From the NCBI GenBank assembly GCA_032718475.1, contig JAUCBJ010003874.1:1-32048 (forward strand): a DNA stretch of 32,048 bases, written 5' to 3'. This document shows, piece after piece, positions 12,350-22,940 of this stretch. The DNA comes from Nemertoderma westbladi. Taxonomy: Eukaryota > Animalia > Xenacoelomorpha. A program made the position numbers and the translations under genes. Every line of letters begins with the position of its first letter. Position 1 is the first letter of the stretch. The notes beneath the pieces are model-generated. The model saw only the letters and a list, made by a program, of their open reading frames with translations, did not search any database and was not told the DNA's origin.

Positions 12350-12760
12350 ATGAATACCGACACTCAACAAAACCAACGCTTATCACAGGTCGGTATGGTT
12401 ACCTCGAAACCGGCGCGACTGTCCACTCGAATACAACTTCAAAACACAAACGCCAACAATAAACTGAAAGCGGTTACCTCGAAACCGGCGCGACTGTCCA
12501 CTCGAATACAACTTCAAAACACAAACGCCAACAATAAACTGAAAGCGAATCGAACGTCTTCAGAAGAATCTGTCATTGGGACGAAGAAAAGGAAGCCGAA
12601 ACCACGGGAATGGACCACAGCTAAGATTGAATGCTCCCATTGTCAGAGTTCCTGGACCGAAATTGAAACACCAATTGCCGATGGGCTTGATCTCTCAAAC
12701 CAAAACTTCCTCTGCGGGGTTTGCGTGGCAGTAAAGATTGAAAGTCTGGAAGCTGGCATC
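12350..12760 (+). mobile_element. LINE ORF1-like 5' fragment (basic N-terminus, CxxC…CxxC finger)
   Basis: IECSHCQSSW…NFLCGVCVAVKIESLE resembles the PHD-like finger plus coiled-coil start of CR1/L2 ORF1. The frame degenerates into unrelated AT-rich sequence after ~12760. Confidence 0.5.
12397..12546 (+). repeat. perfect 2 x 75-bp tandem duplication (in frame)
   Basis: 12397-12471 is identical to 12472-12546; duplicates VTSKPARLSTRIQLQNTNANNKLKA. Confidence 0.95.
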
Positions 12761-13644
12761 CCTAGGTATTATTATTATAAAGAGCGTCAGCCTGCGTTTA
12801 ATAAATATATTTTAATACAAAGCAGGTCGAACGCAAAGAGGCTTAAAATGAAGACGAGTACTGCATTGATTATATTCCTATAAACCACCTGGCTTTGCAT
12901 ATTGAACGTGCGTTTGGAAATAAGTTCGTGCTACCCTTCCGTGGGTGGTAGATGTCGCGGTTATGTATTGGTGGGTGGGGGAGGGGGGGGGGGGGGGGTG
13001 CAGATTAAAAGGGGTGAACACGTACTGTCCCCCTTTCTTTGATTAATTGGTGGTGTGGGTTAATCTCTCATAACCTGATTTTGTGATACAGTCGCACAAT
13101 TTTAATTTGTATCTCATAACTGGGCCTCGTGCTGCGCGAAGGCCCCACGAACGTGTCTAATCTGGCTATCTAATCTGTATTACATTAGGCCTACAGCGCA
13201 CTTAAATGGTAATTTTACATAAGCCTAAAATAATATTGAACTGGCTGGAGGTAATAATACAGCAAGTACAGTAGTAACCACGCTGTACTAGGGCTAGGCT
13301 AAGGCTACAAATAAATGATACAAACAAATTTGCTATCGTCGTGCCTATTCAACTGTTTTACTTGCAGTATTAGGCACTATATGTTGACCTCTATTTGTTT
13401 TTCCACTCCATTGGAGGGTATTCGTACATATGGTATGTATACATGTACGCAGTAGTAAGGGGCTTTACAGGGCCAACTAAGTTTGGTAGGTTAGGTTTAG
13501 TATTTTGGTTAGTGTTAGTTGCATTGTCATTCATTTTTAAGTTCAAATTATATGTGGCAATCTCACTGAAAAGTTTATAACTATCACTTATTTAGTCTGA
13601 ATAATGTAATAATTAACGATTTAATGTGTTTATAAATGATAAAA

Positions 13645-13858
13645 TCGTACGCGTCCCGCACTTTACAATTTTTTGAAGCAATAATTCTGAGACATAAACT
13701 GCTGCCGGTTTTCCAAACTGCTTTTTTTTACTGAACCGATAATTGGTTTTTCTAAGAAACACAAACATTATACTATTTTAGTTCATTTTCATGATGTACA
13801 GTGCTAAAGTATGCACAAAAAGTCGTACGAATGTCCCGCACTTTACATGGAATGAGCC
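13645..13858 (+). repeat. interspersed repeat, probable DNA-transposon end (copy 1)
   Basis: Near-identical to 17041-17254; both end at TTTACATGGAATGAGCC; internal GTCCCGCACTTTACA repeats. Confidence 0.8.
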
Positions 13859-14080
13859 AGATTAAGATTCAGTGGGCACTGCTGGCGAAGTAAAGACGAG
13901 GTCATACCAGATCTACTTCTCTGGCAACCAACATAACATACATAACATAACATATATAGATCAACTTGAAAGGATACTGAACTTGGGAGAAACGAAATTG
14001 CTACAACTATGGAGAATCGGGAAGCCTGGAAGGATTTCATTTCCACTGTCCGAGTTCGCTCGACTTAGTAGTAGTAGTAG
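13858..14080 (+). mobile_element. 5'-truncated RTE-clade LINE (family B), second copy
   Basis: Inverted copy of 8764-9003 with the (TAG)n tail; an internal segment is replaced by ACATA-type microsatellite. Confidence 0.85.
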
Positions 14081-14763
14081 ATCTTTAAGTGACCCCACTG
14101 AATTATTATTAATTAATTTCAAACATCTAATTTCTTTCTGTAAATCTAATTATTAATTGCAGATTGATGGTAAATCTAATCCCTTCTCTAAATCATCGCT
14201 GAGGCATGAAACTGCCAGATAACCCAGAATTATGTTTAATATACATTTATTGACGTCATGATATCAAACTTATTGAACTTAACATTGAACTGAACAGTTT
14301 TTAGGTATGTTTTTTTAATAAACCCGCCATTTTGACAGCTTCCTCCTGTTTTTACAAAATATAAACCCCGCCACTCGATTCAGGGTACCTTGCCCCCCCC
14401 CCCCCCCCCCCCCCCCCCTTCTTCAATTGTTTCTAGCCGAACAATTTTTTAGCGCACAAATCCTATTCCATCAACATCAATCATTAATTCCTGGTTGTAT
14501 CATAATATTATATTTCAAAAAACCGTTCCTCAATTGTAATTAACACAGCTACTTCAACTAAAAGTTAAAAATTCCCAAAGACTCTGTTAATGGCAAGATA
14601 GATCTCTGAAATCATAAAATTAAAATGAAAATTAAAAAGTTAAAATGCACACTTAATGGCGTACACCTATAATATAATTGATACTATAAGATATTATACG
14701 CCGACTATTGTAGATAACAAGAGATTATTAATTGCAGTATATTAAGCAAATTTCGCCCTCAAC

Positions 14764-14811
14764 CAAGGCGTCCTTTAATAATTTAATATAATTGTATTAA
14801 AGGACGCCTTG
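14764..14811. mobile_element. 48-bp P-element-type remnant (likely excision footprint)
   Basis: Perfect 17-bp inverted repeat CAAGGCGTCCTTTAATA around 14 bp of AT filler; 8-bp TSD CCCTCAAC / CCCACAAC (one mismatch). Confidence 0.7.
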
Positions 14812-14960
14812 CCCACAACCCATAGGTTTTAAAATTCTTTTAGGTTCTTAAAAGAACTTTAAATTTTTAAAGTTATTTTAATTTAAGGTTTTCAAATTAA
14901 TGTATCTTTTGATTTACCTCTAAATTAAATTTATTTCTTTCGATAAAGAACACATAAAGT

Positions 14961-15232
14961 TTATATTTTATAATTTGTGCCGTCTGGGAGCGGTGATCCT
15001 ATACAGCCGTGTTCTGTAGACGCAGCCAGCCGGCAGCAGCAAGCATCCGTGATGGCAATAGCTAATCCTTCAGTCAGGTTTCTGACAACACTAAAATCAT
15101 CAGGAACATAATATATGCTATGCTTCAATCGAACACAGATTCCACTTGCCCTTAACTATCAGTACCCTCAGTAACTACAAGCATTACCCCAAGTATGGCC
15201 ACAAATAATATGCATACAGTTACATTCGCCAT
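14961..15232 (-). pseudogene. candidate small secreted Cys-containing protein, frameshifted after the signal peptide
   Basis: aatATGG start; MANVTVCILFVAILGVMLVVTEG signal-peptide-like; a 1-nt shift gives LRASGICVRLKHSIYYVPDDFSVVRNLTEGLAIAITDACCCRLAASTEHGCIGSPLPDGTNYKI*. AATAAA at 14930-14935 (-). Confidence 0.4.
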
Positions 15233-15989
15233 ATTACTTACTGCTTTATTATTAGGTGCCATAAGTTAGACGAACTGTCCCCTTTTGTCTCCTAGTACAG
15301 TATTATGCTGGGATTTCCAAGCTTGTAGTGTCTAATTTAATTGAATTCAATTTAAATTTAAATTATGATGTCTACTAATGTAGCCATGCTCCACAGAATG
15401 ATTATATATCACTGTAGAGATATATAGTGATATCACTAGTGTGTCTGATAACAATGTTGATGTATGAAAGAGTATCAAGCAAACAAGCAAATATGGATTT
15501 CACCGCATGAGATATTTTACAAGCTCACAGCTCAGTAACTCATACCGTAACAGTAACACAAGGGATTATATTCAATGGAATTTTAGTACAAGCGACTGTA
15601 TTATCGATTAATATAGAGATATATGCAACATATTGCATAATTTAGTTACTGCTAATTTAGAATTCATTTGTTACGTCCAAAATATGATAATAATATTTAA
15701 GTTTAAGATATGAAAGGTGTTCTGTTAGTATGGGCCATTTGGGGCCTACAGTACCAGATGAACATAAGGGGGGTGGGGTGGTGGTAGATGGGGGCACTAA
15801 AGATGTTAGCGGGTAAAAATAAACTGTGAGACATCAATCGGTAAAAACGAATCAGAGACGAAAAAATAATACAAAATCTACGTATTTTCAGCCTCGGCAA
15901 TGATCGAATCCCTATCGAATCCCTAAATCCCGATACCTCTAGACAGCTAGACTACCAGACTACTCGACAGCCAGAAAAAGCTATTAAAT

Positions 15990-16220
15990 GATATTTCTGC
16001 AAAGACTATCTGGGAAGATATTGGGTGGAATAGCGAAATATGTGAATCTAATATCTTAAGCGTCCAGAAGACAACGAGTTCCGTAGCTAGGAAGAAGCTT
16101 TTCAATATATTAGTAGATTATAGTAAAGCTTTTGACCGAATTTCATGTGTTAAACTGTTAGCAAAACTACTTACACTGGGTTGCGGCAGCCATATTGTAA
16201 ATACGTATTATCTCTAACTA
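15990..16220 (+). mobile_element. LINE reverse transcriptase fragment (CR1-group-like)
   Basis: KKLFNILVDYSKAFDRISCVKLLAKLLTLG: the DxSKAFD RT motif. Confidence 0.75.
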
Positions 16221-16228
16221 CAATCGGA

Positions 16229-16655
16229 CTGCTGCATTGCAGCTGCACATGAGAAGCTATGCTGTCTTAAAAAAAAATATTTTGACACTACCATTCAATC
16301 GACAATTGGCAAACCCAATGCAGCATGCATTAAGAATGATATGCCAGCTTATCAACAAATTTGCACCGCCACAACTACCTATCCACCATGGCTTTTGCGA
16401 GATTATCCGCCTCTTCAAGGCCAGTGTCCTTTAAGATGCGTCTCAAGAAAGTCATGGGCTGTCCACCATGCCTATTCACTCCATGGGGCCGCCAAAGCAC
16501 AAGATTGTGCACAGGCTGGACCTCTCGGCGAAAGCAATGCCTTGCAAAGCGGATGCGGCTTTGTTCAAGTATCAAGCTTGGGGGAACCAATGAGACACTT
16601 CCAATGTTATATAGTGTCTGGTTGGAGATGTGTGCATTGTACTTTGTACGAACCA
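16229..16655 (-). mobile_element. RTE-clade LINE family A, 3' fragment
   Basis: RIRFARHCFRREVQPVHNLVLWRPHG…GGQPMTFLRRILKDTGL; similar to 27245-27507 plus 28789-28869. Confidence 0.85.
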
Positions 16656-16819
16656 TTGCATACTGATGTTTTTGTGCAAAGATTTCCTCAGGAATCATTG
16701 CACAACTTATATTGATAGTAACAATGTGTTGGCAAGCTGTATTTTTCGAGGTGTTATTATTATACGTTTATTATATAGGAAGGGATCTAGGGGTCTTAAC
16801 CTCGAATGATAAGTTTATT

Positions 16820-17254
16820 ATCGTACGTGTCCCGCACTTTACAGTGAAATGTCCCACACTTTACATGACTTTGCTGCACTTAAACTACTCCCCTGTTTCA
16901 TTGATGTTACCTACCATCTTACTAAAGGCTAATTTATTTTCCCTACATATCTAGGAACATCACGGAACAAAAGTTTTCCCACTAACTTTACCCAATTCGC
17001 TGAACTTTAGCAATGAATTTGACAGTTGAGAATTTCACTTTCGTATGCGTCCCGCACTTTACAATTTTTTGAAACAATAATTCTGAGACATAAACTGCTG
17101 CCGGTTTTCCAAACTGCTTTTTTTTACTGAACCGATAATTGGTTTTTCTAAGAAACACAAGCATTATACTATTTTAGTTCATTTTCATGATGTACAGTGC
17201 TAAAGTATGCACAAAAAGTCGTACGAATGTCCCACACTTTACATGGAATGAGCC
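16820..17254 (+). repeat. interspersed repeat, probable DNA-transposon end (copy 2, longer)
   Basis: Four GTCCC(G/A)CACTTTACA units; 17041-17254 matches 13645-13858. Confidence 0.75.
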
Positions 17255-17286
17255 TACAGTAGCTCGATGTCCTCTGCTGTTACTCG

Positions 17287-17855
17287 TTTCATACAGTCCT
17301 GTCTGAAGCTGGGTATTGTATGGGGTATATTGACCTTGACTAAAGGGTGAAAATGTAAGTAATAAAAACCTCTATGAATAAAAAAAAAATGCCTCCAAAA
17401 AATAATGCAGTAATAAATATTTGTTACTGCAGTAAGAATTAATTATTACTGCAGTAACAAATTATATATATATATACAGTATATAAACACTATCGCAGCG
17501 AACTACATGTGTACTGCTTTTTCCACTGTCATGTCGTTTGTCTGTTGCAATGTTCCGGAGTTTATCAAAGGACTGGTGGTTGCTAAGGTCTATGTCAAAA
17601 ACTTCTTTTAAATCAGCCTTTAGGGTGCTGAAAAGGCTGCATAATTTGCCCATGCCTTGGTGTCCTTTACGTTTTTGTGACGTCATAATGTTGAGCACCT
17701 TTTGGGCGGGGCTGTTTCGTGGGAGTCGGAGGATGTGACCAAAAAGCGACTTTCGGGCCTTTTTGACCTCAAGGATTCAAAGTGGCCGTTGCGAGTTACT
17801 TTTAGACCACTTTGAGAAAATCTCAAAGAACAGATGCACTTTGAGACCCCGACTG
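17287..17855 (+). mobile_element. deleted relative of the 1667-3637 Tc1/mariner composite
   Basis: 17287-17460 matches ~1797-1970, including the junction into the nested MITE. Right TIR CTCAAAGAACAGATGCACTTTGAGACCCCGACTG ends at 17855; left TIR not seen. Confidence 0.8.
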
Positions 17856-18809
17856 GAGTACTGTAAGTTCTGAGGTCATACGAACGGGATCGCAAGTAGG
17901 CCTACTGCGAAATTAATTACACAGCCGCGATTCAGAAGTTTGGCTAAAGATCGAATATGAATTGGCTCTAACAAGTTGGCAAGGGCCTCATATATGCCGG
18001 TCACGGTAAACAATTAGGCCCCACCCACATTGCGAACAGGTATTAAACCTGCCCCTTTATTCATTAGGCGCTCTTCTCAAAGGGTACAGGTATCACTTAA
18101 AAAACTACTGTAGTACTGTTGTAGTTTACCCATTTGTAAATTATTGTTTATTGTATTTGGTATTGTTTTTGAAATTTATAGTCAGATTTTTAGACAGTCA
18201 CTGGGCTTATATGTTCAACAACATTGCAAATATTATTCGAACGACCAATTATGACTCATTTTATATCGTTTAATTTTAAGTATTTATGTATAAATAATAC
18301 CGAATAAATACAGTAATATACTGTATTCTATTAAGTATTAATAGTCTTGAGCAATTTAAGTCAGTTATTAAAAATCTGAGACCGCAGTCTAGTTGGATCT
18401 GTAGAGAGGCCTCTACAAATATTAATACCTCCATTATTACTGTAGTTGTATGTTTGTAAACTGAAAAATAATTTGATCAGTAAGTTTAATCAGGGCTGCC
18501 TACAAGTATTAAATGTCTCACCGTTTTTCGTCTTTGTTGTTATGCGATTTGCTTTAAGATGGTAATGCACATTTTTCTTTAGCATTTCGTTCTCTTTTTT
18601 TAAATCTTTCTTCCATTTTGTCCATTTTAAATGACAGAATCTTTTAGGCTTGTTAAGCCAAAGAATGTCTGTTCACTATGGGTGATCTTCCATAGTAAAC
18701 TTAGTTGCCTCTTTCTTTTGTCCCAAGTTGCCTACTGTAGGTTCCCATTTATCGTCCATAAAAATAATGAAAGCCAGGGTTGGACTAGACTGCAGCATTT
18801 AATGCACTT

Positions 18810-18890
18810 TTTAGTGCGCCCCACCTAGGGATCGAACCAGGGCGGATTCAGAACGGAGGCCCAGTAATCTCACTACTAAACTAAAAGCTG
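18810..18890 (-). mobile_element. degenerate tRNA-derived SINE head
   Basis: Minus strand: A-box-like TAGTTTAGTAGT and B box GGTTCGATCCC with appropriate spacing; no good cloverleaf. Confidence 0.5.
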
Positions 18891-19222
18891 CTGGCTGCTT
18901 GGTCTAACTTTTACCATTTTTCCCATATGTTGAGCCCCAGCCGATATTAACGACTGTGTTTCTTGTGCGACTTTGAATGGGACAAATTTTGAAGCAAATT
19001 TTTTAAAATATTGCACACATTGCATTTATACATTACAGTTTGGTCGTGTTTTAGGCAACAGTGCATTATGACAGTACCGTATAGTACAAATATAATGTAT
19101 ATCTGTAGTAGACCCTACAATATATTCTAGTCATTTCGGTACTGTAGTACAGTATCTACACCAAGGTGTACTCAATGACACAAATATATATTTAGTAAAC
19201 CTTGATCTAGACCTACACAATA

Positions 19223-19912
19223 ATGGCAAACACATATGTCTACGTGGTGGTACTGGCATTTTACTTGTTAGTTACTGCGACCACTGAAACTGAAAGTAAA
19301 TCCAGTGAGATCACTGTGATCGTTCATCCAGGTAAACATGACTGCTTCTACGAGTCAGCTAAGGTCGGACACATCCTTTACTATAGCTACCAAGTTATAG
19401 CCGGCGGACAACGGGACATAACATTCAACGCAATCACGCCATCTAGCGCTTATATAAGCACCGCATTGCGACAAAGAGAATTCGAGAATGAGTTGATAGT
19501 CGCTGAAGAAGGTGTTTATAAGTTCTGTCTAGACAACTCATTCTCTAGAATTACACCGAAGACGGTCCGTTTGTCAATAACGGTTGAACTCGCAGAGGAT
19601 GACATAGTTAATATAGCGGAAGAAAACCTGAAACCATTGGTGGATGATGATGAGTACTTAGATATAAAGATAGAAGTTCTAGACGATTTTATTAAGTCTA
19701 TGAAGAAGGACGCAGAGAAGATTACGAAGCAACAGAACAGAAGGAGGGGAGTTGAGTTGGTGGATCGTAGATTGGCGGAGTGGAACTTTACAAGGGTTGG
19801 CAGTTGGTCTGTATTCATTTCGGTTGTTATGGTTGGCACTGCTATGGTACAGATATTGGCGATAAGAAGGATGTTTAACTCCGGTTCAAAAGGCCAACAG
19901 TTGGGAATATAA
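19223..19912 (+). CDS. p24/emp24/gp25L family cargo receptor, gamma subfamily (TMED1/TMED5-like), 229 aa, single-exon CDS
   Basis: Signal peptide; GOLD domain (V.PGKHDCFYE…YQVIAGG..DI.F…EEGVYKFCLDNSFSRITPKTV); coiled coil; DRRLAEWNFTRVGSWS then TM helix and VQILAIRRMF short tail. Confidence 0.95.
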   Translation: MANTYVYVVVLAFYLLVTATTETESKSSEITVIVHPGKHDCFYESAKVGHILYYSYQVIAGGQRDITFNAITPSSAYISTALRQREFENELIVAEEGVYKFCLDNSFSRITPKTVRLSITVELAEDDIVNIAEENLKPLVDDDEYLDIKIEVLDDFIKSMKKDAEKITKQQNRRRGVELVDRRLAEWNFTRVGSWSVFISVVMVGTAMVQILAIRRMFNSGSKGQQLGI

Positions 19913-20975
19913 GGAAGCGGGATAAAAGTTATACGTAAGAACTGGGGAAGTATAAATATATTTCGGAAGTGTTTTCTGACTAGTAAATTCATGAAAGTTC
20001 TTATTGATTTATTAGGAAAAATTAAATTAATAAATGATTTTTAATATAATTTTTATCCAATATTTTTAAAATTATTAAAATTATATTATATTATATTTTT
20101 TTTAGCTAAAGTCGGTCTTACTACTGTAGTTCTGTTACTTAGTATTTTGCAATTGAATTCTTTATTTATGAAATATAAATATTTCAATGTTGAGTTATTT
20201 TTAAATTTGTTTCTCAATAAATATAAGTAAATTATGATAAATGACTTATTATATATTTTGTTTATAATGAAACCATTTCTGAACAAATCAATAAATGAAC
20301 AAGCAACACACCATAAGAAGTTAATTGTGTTAATAGTTAAGAAAGTTTAAGTAGGCCTAACTTCTAAAATGTTTTTAGAGCCAGGTCTAATGCGTGGCCC
20401 ATCCTTTAAAATTCCCAAGACAAAGTTAGAATCATCATATCTCGTTTGTTCAGATTCACTAAACGTTATTTATGCCCACAAGGTTTCTGGGAGGTCCCAC
20501 TTCACCGAGTATTTTACTTCGTTCTTGACACCCCGTAGTGGAACCTTTTAATATTCTTGATGTTACCTACTAATAGTATGGCTTTATTAGTACTGGGGTT
20601 GCATGCAATTTGAGAGGTAGACCTTATGCTTATACAGAAAAACATAAACATAATTCACTATGATCTGTTTCTGGTTACCTATGTGAACCAACTACTCTAC
20701 TGTAATTGTCAAATTTGCTCCACTTATTTTTTCGTTTTACGTGGTGCACTACACCTTTTAATCATCACATAATTAAGATTCTTGTATTTTTTAGCTGTTT
20801 AATTTCCGTAAAGGCTAATATTCTATAATATGTAAACACACTAAATTTAACTCACCAACTTTCAGCTTTTATAAGAAATCTTTTTCCAAGATAGCCTTCT
20901 CTACAACTAAACAATTGTCACAACTTTGTTCTGCCAAAAGTTTGAATGTTTTCTGGCCGTATGGGGGGACATTAA

Positions 20976-21464
20976 CCTTATTTGGCCAGGAGGGTTATTT
21001 TATATATTTTTTTGTAATTTATCTGTAACTTTGAGTCAGATTTGTTGAGAAAACCTAGATTTCGTGACTTTTCCTAAAATTTAATGGGCTATCCAACAGA
21101 GCAAACGCCATTTGTACATGGCTATGTTAGTTTTCATGCTATGTGCTTTATAGTTCATTAAAATTAATTTATTTGCGGTATATAGCGATTTTTTGTGGAC
21201 AAAGATCACGGTTAGAGAACTCAAATATAAAATTCGAGAAAATCTTTGGTAATTTTGAATGTGCCACAAGGTGCACGAAACGCTACATTTTTTATCCCAC
21301 CAGACAAGCACCAGAAATGATAGTTGCGTTACCACGAATTATTTCCATAAAATATTCTTTATCGTGATCAGCCTATACCATCAAGATTGTAATTATTGAG
21401 CGATCATCTAGAAAATTTATAAAATGACCCCAATTACGTTGTAAAATAGCCGGGCCAGATAGGG
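20976..21464. mobile_element. piggyBac-type MITE
   Basis: TTAA on both sides (20972-20975, 21465-21468); TIRs CCTTATTTGGCC / GGCCAGATAGGG. Confidence 0.8.
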
Positions 21465-21618
21465 TTAAATCAAGTTCCGTTTGAAGCCCTTACCGAGGAA
21501 AAAAATTATTTAAAATAAATTAGTTTATATTTATTAATAGTACGTCGTAGAATCCCTATTGAACCTCCAAAACAATAAAACAATAATAATAAATTAAAGT
21601 AATTAAACAGGACTAAGG

Positions 21619-21903
21619 ATGATCCAACTCTATAGCAAGTGTCCACGGTTGCATAACCGATGTCCGAAGTGCAACTTTCGGGGACACTACGGACGCCAAT
21701 GCGACTGGATGGACGACGAAGAGAAGTTCAGGAGATTCGAGGAGTGGGCCGACGTCGGGGCCATGACGCGCCAGCGCATGAAGGCCCAGGAGTTCAAGTG
21801 GGGTTTCTTCCTTATCAATCAGGAGACTCACATGGAAATCATAAAGCGGAGGCTACCGTTTACCTATCAAGAGGTAGCAACGGCGGCGTCGTATGCCGAG
21901 TGA
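21619..21903 (+). CDS. small CCHC zinc-knuckle ORF of the retroelement fragment (ATG supplied by the flanking inverted repeat)
   Basis: CPRLHNR-CPKCNFRGHYGRQC matches CX2CX4HX4C; GC-rich codons; probably 5'-truncated. Confidence 0.55.
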   Translation: MIQLYSKCPRLHNRCPKCNFRGHYGRQCDWMDDEEKFRRFEEWADVGAMTRQRMKAQEFKWGFFLINQETHMEIIKRRLPFTYQEVATAASYAE

Positions 21904-22229
21904 TGAATACGCAAAGATATTTGGACAGGTGGACGCCACAGAACCGAGGGGAGTTTAGGGATTTCTTGGCGGAGCACGTGCCGCGAGCAATGAAGATGAT
22001 CCTATGGGACGCCACCAGAGGGAGACAACAGGGCCACTCTGAGGGGCCACCGGCGAAGCGATATCGGGCACTAATAACACCAGCGCCCAAAGAGCCAACA
22101 ACCGGAATCAGCAGGGAGGTGGCGGCGAAAGTCCGAAAGCAGAAAGCGGATCCCAGAGGAGCGGTGGTGACCAAGAAACGACCCAGGGAAGAGGACGCCA
22201 GGGGGAACTATCCCCAGAGGAACAGATAG
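21903..22229 (+). CDS. small basic ORF (108 aa) coupled to the preceding ORF by TGATG
   Basis: MNTQRYLDRWTPQNRGEFRDFLAEHVPRAMKMILW… with NLS-like PPAKRYR and KKRPRE; ATG overlaps the upstream TGA. Confidence 0.5.
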   Translation: MNTQRYLDRWTPQNRGEFRDFLAEHVPRAMKMILWDATRGRQQGHSEGPPAKRYRALITPAPKEPTTGISREVAAKVRKQKADPRGAVVTKKRPREEDARGNYPQRNR

Positions 22230-22940
22230 GTTCCCAGGGCCGGGGGAGAGAAACTGAGACTGGGACGTGGTGCGCCTGGAAGGCGCCGCGTGGGACGTAC
22301 GAACTATTAAGTACAAACTAAGCTGATGCAAATAATTAAAATAAGTGCAATTATATGTACGTACGTAGTGATCAGTAGTTTAGCAATAAAATATACGTTC
22401 GGAGTAAGTACTATAGTCATGCAACCTTTCTCAATTAGCTACTGGGACTGGGGGGATAACTGACTATGGCACTATGGACGAGACACCAGACGATTTCACA
22501 CTTCTTGAGTGCGACGGCACAAGAGGGGGGGGGGGTGAGACTCGTCAGAAGGGATGAGGTAGCCAAAGAGGGACGGAGTGATATTGCGAAGTGCGGAGAG
22601 AGTGCGGATGCAATTCTAGTGTGGGGGGGAGAATAAGAGGCTGAGTGAGGGACGAGGAGGTCCGAGGGTATGAGAGAGTTAGGGTGAGAGTGGAGAAGAG
22701 ATAGGGCGAAAGTGTTGGGGAAACAAAAGTCGCGTGAGAGGTGAGCGCGATCGGCCCGACATGGGACGCCAGGCATACAGGGTAGCGTTATCATACCCAT
22801 AGGGAGCGGCCTGGAAAGCCGGCTCCGAGAGAAAATAATTCCACCACCCCACACCCGATACTAGATCGGGATCCAGCGGGATTGTAGCGCACTTAAGGTG
22901 GATACTATCTTCTCACCGGGAAGATAGCATGGGGGGGGAG

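Noticed and set aside
14090-14600. possible decayed LINE coding on the minus strand
   Set aside because: Too many stops and no diagnostic motif.
19516-19992. 158-aa minus-strand ORF
   Set aside because: Antisense shadow of the TMED CDS.
21660-22229. 189-aa ORF as one protein
   Set aside because: The N-terminal half is an alternative frame over the zinc-knuckle ORF; the ATG at 21903 is the more plausible start.
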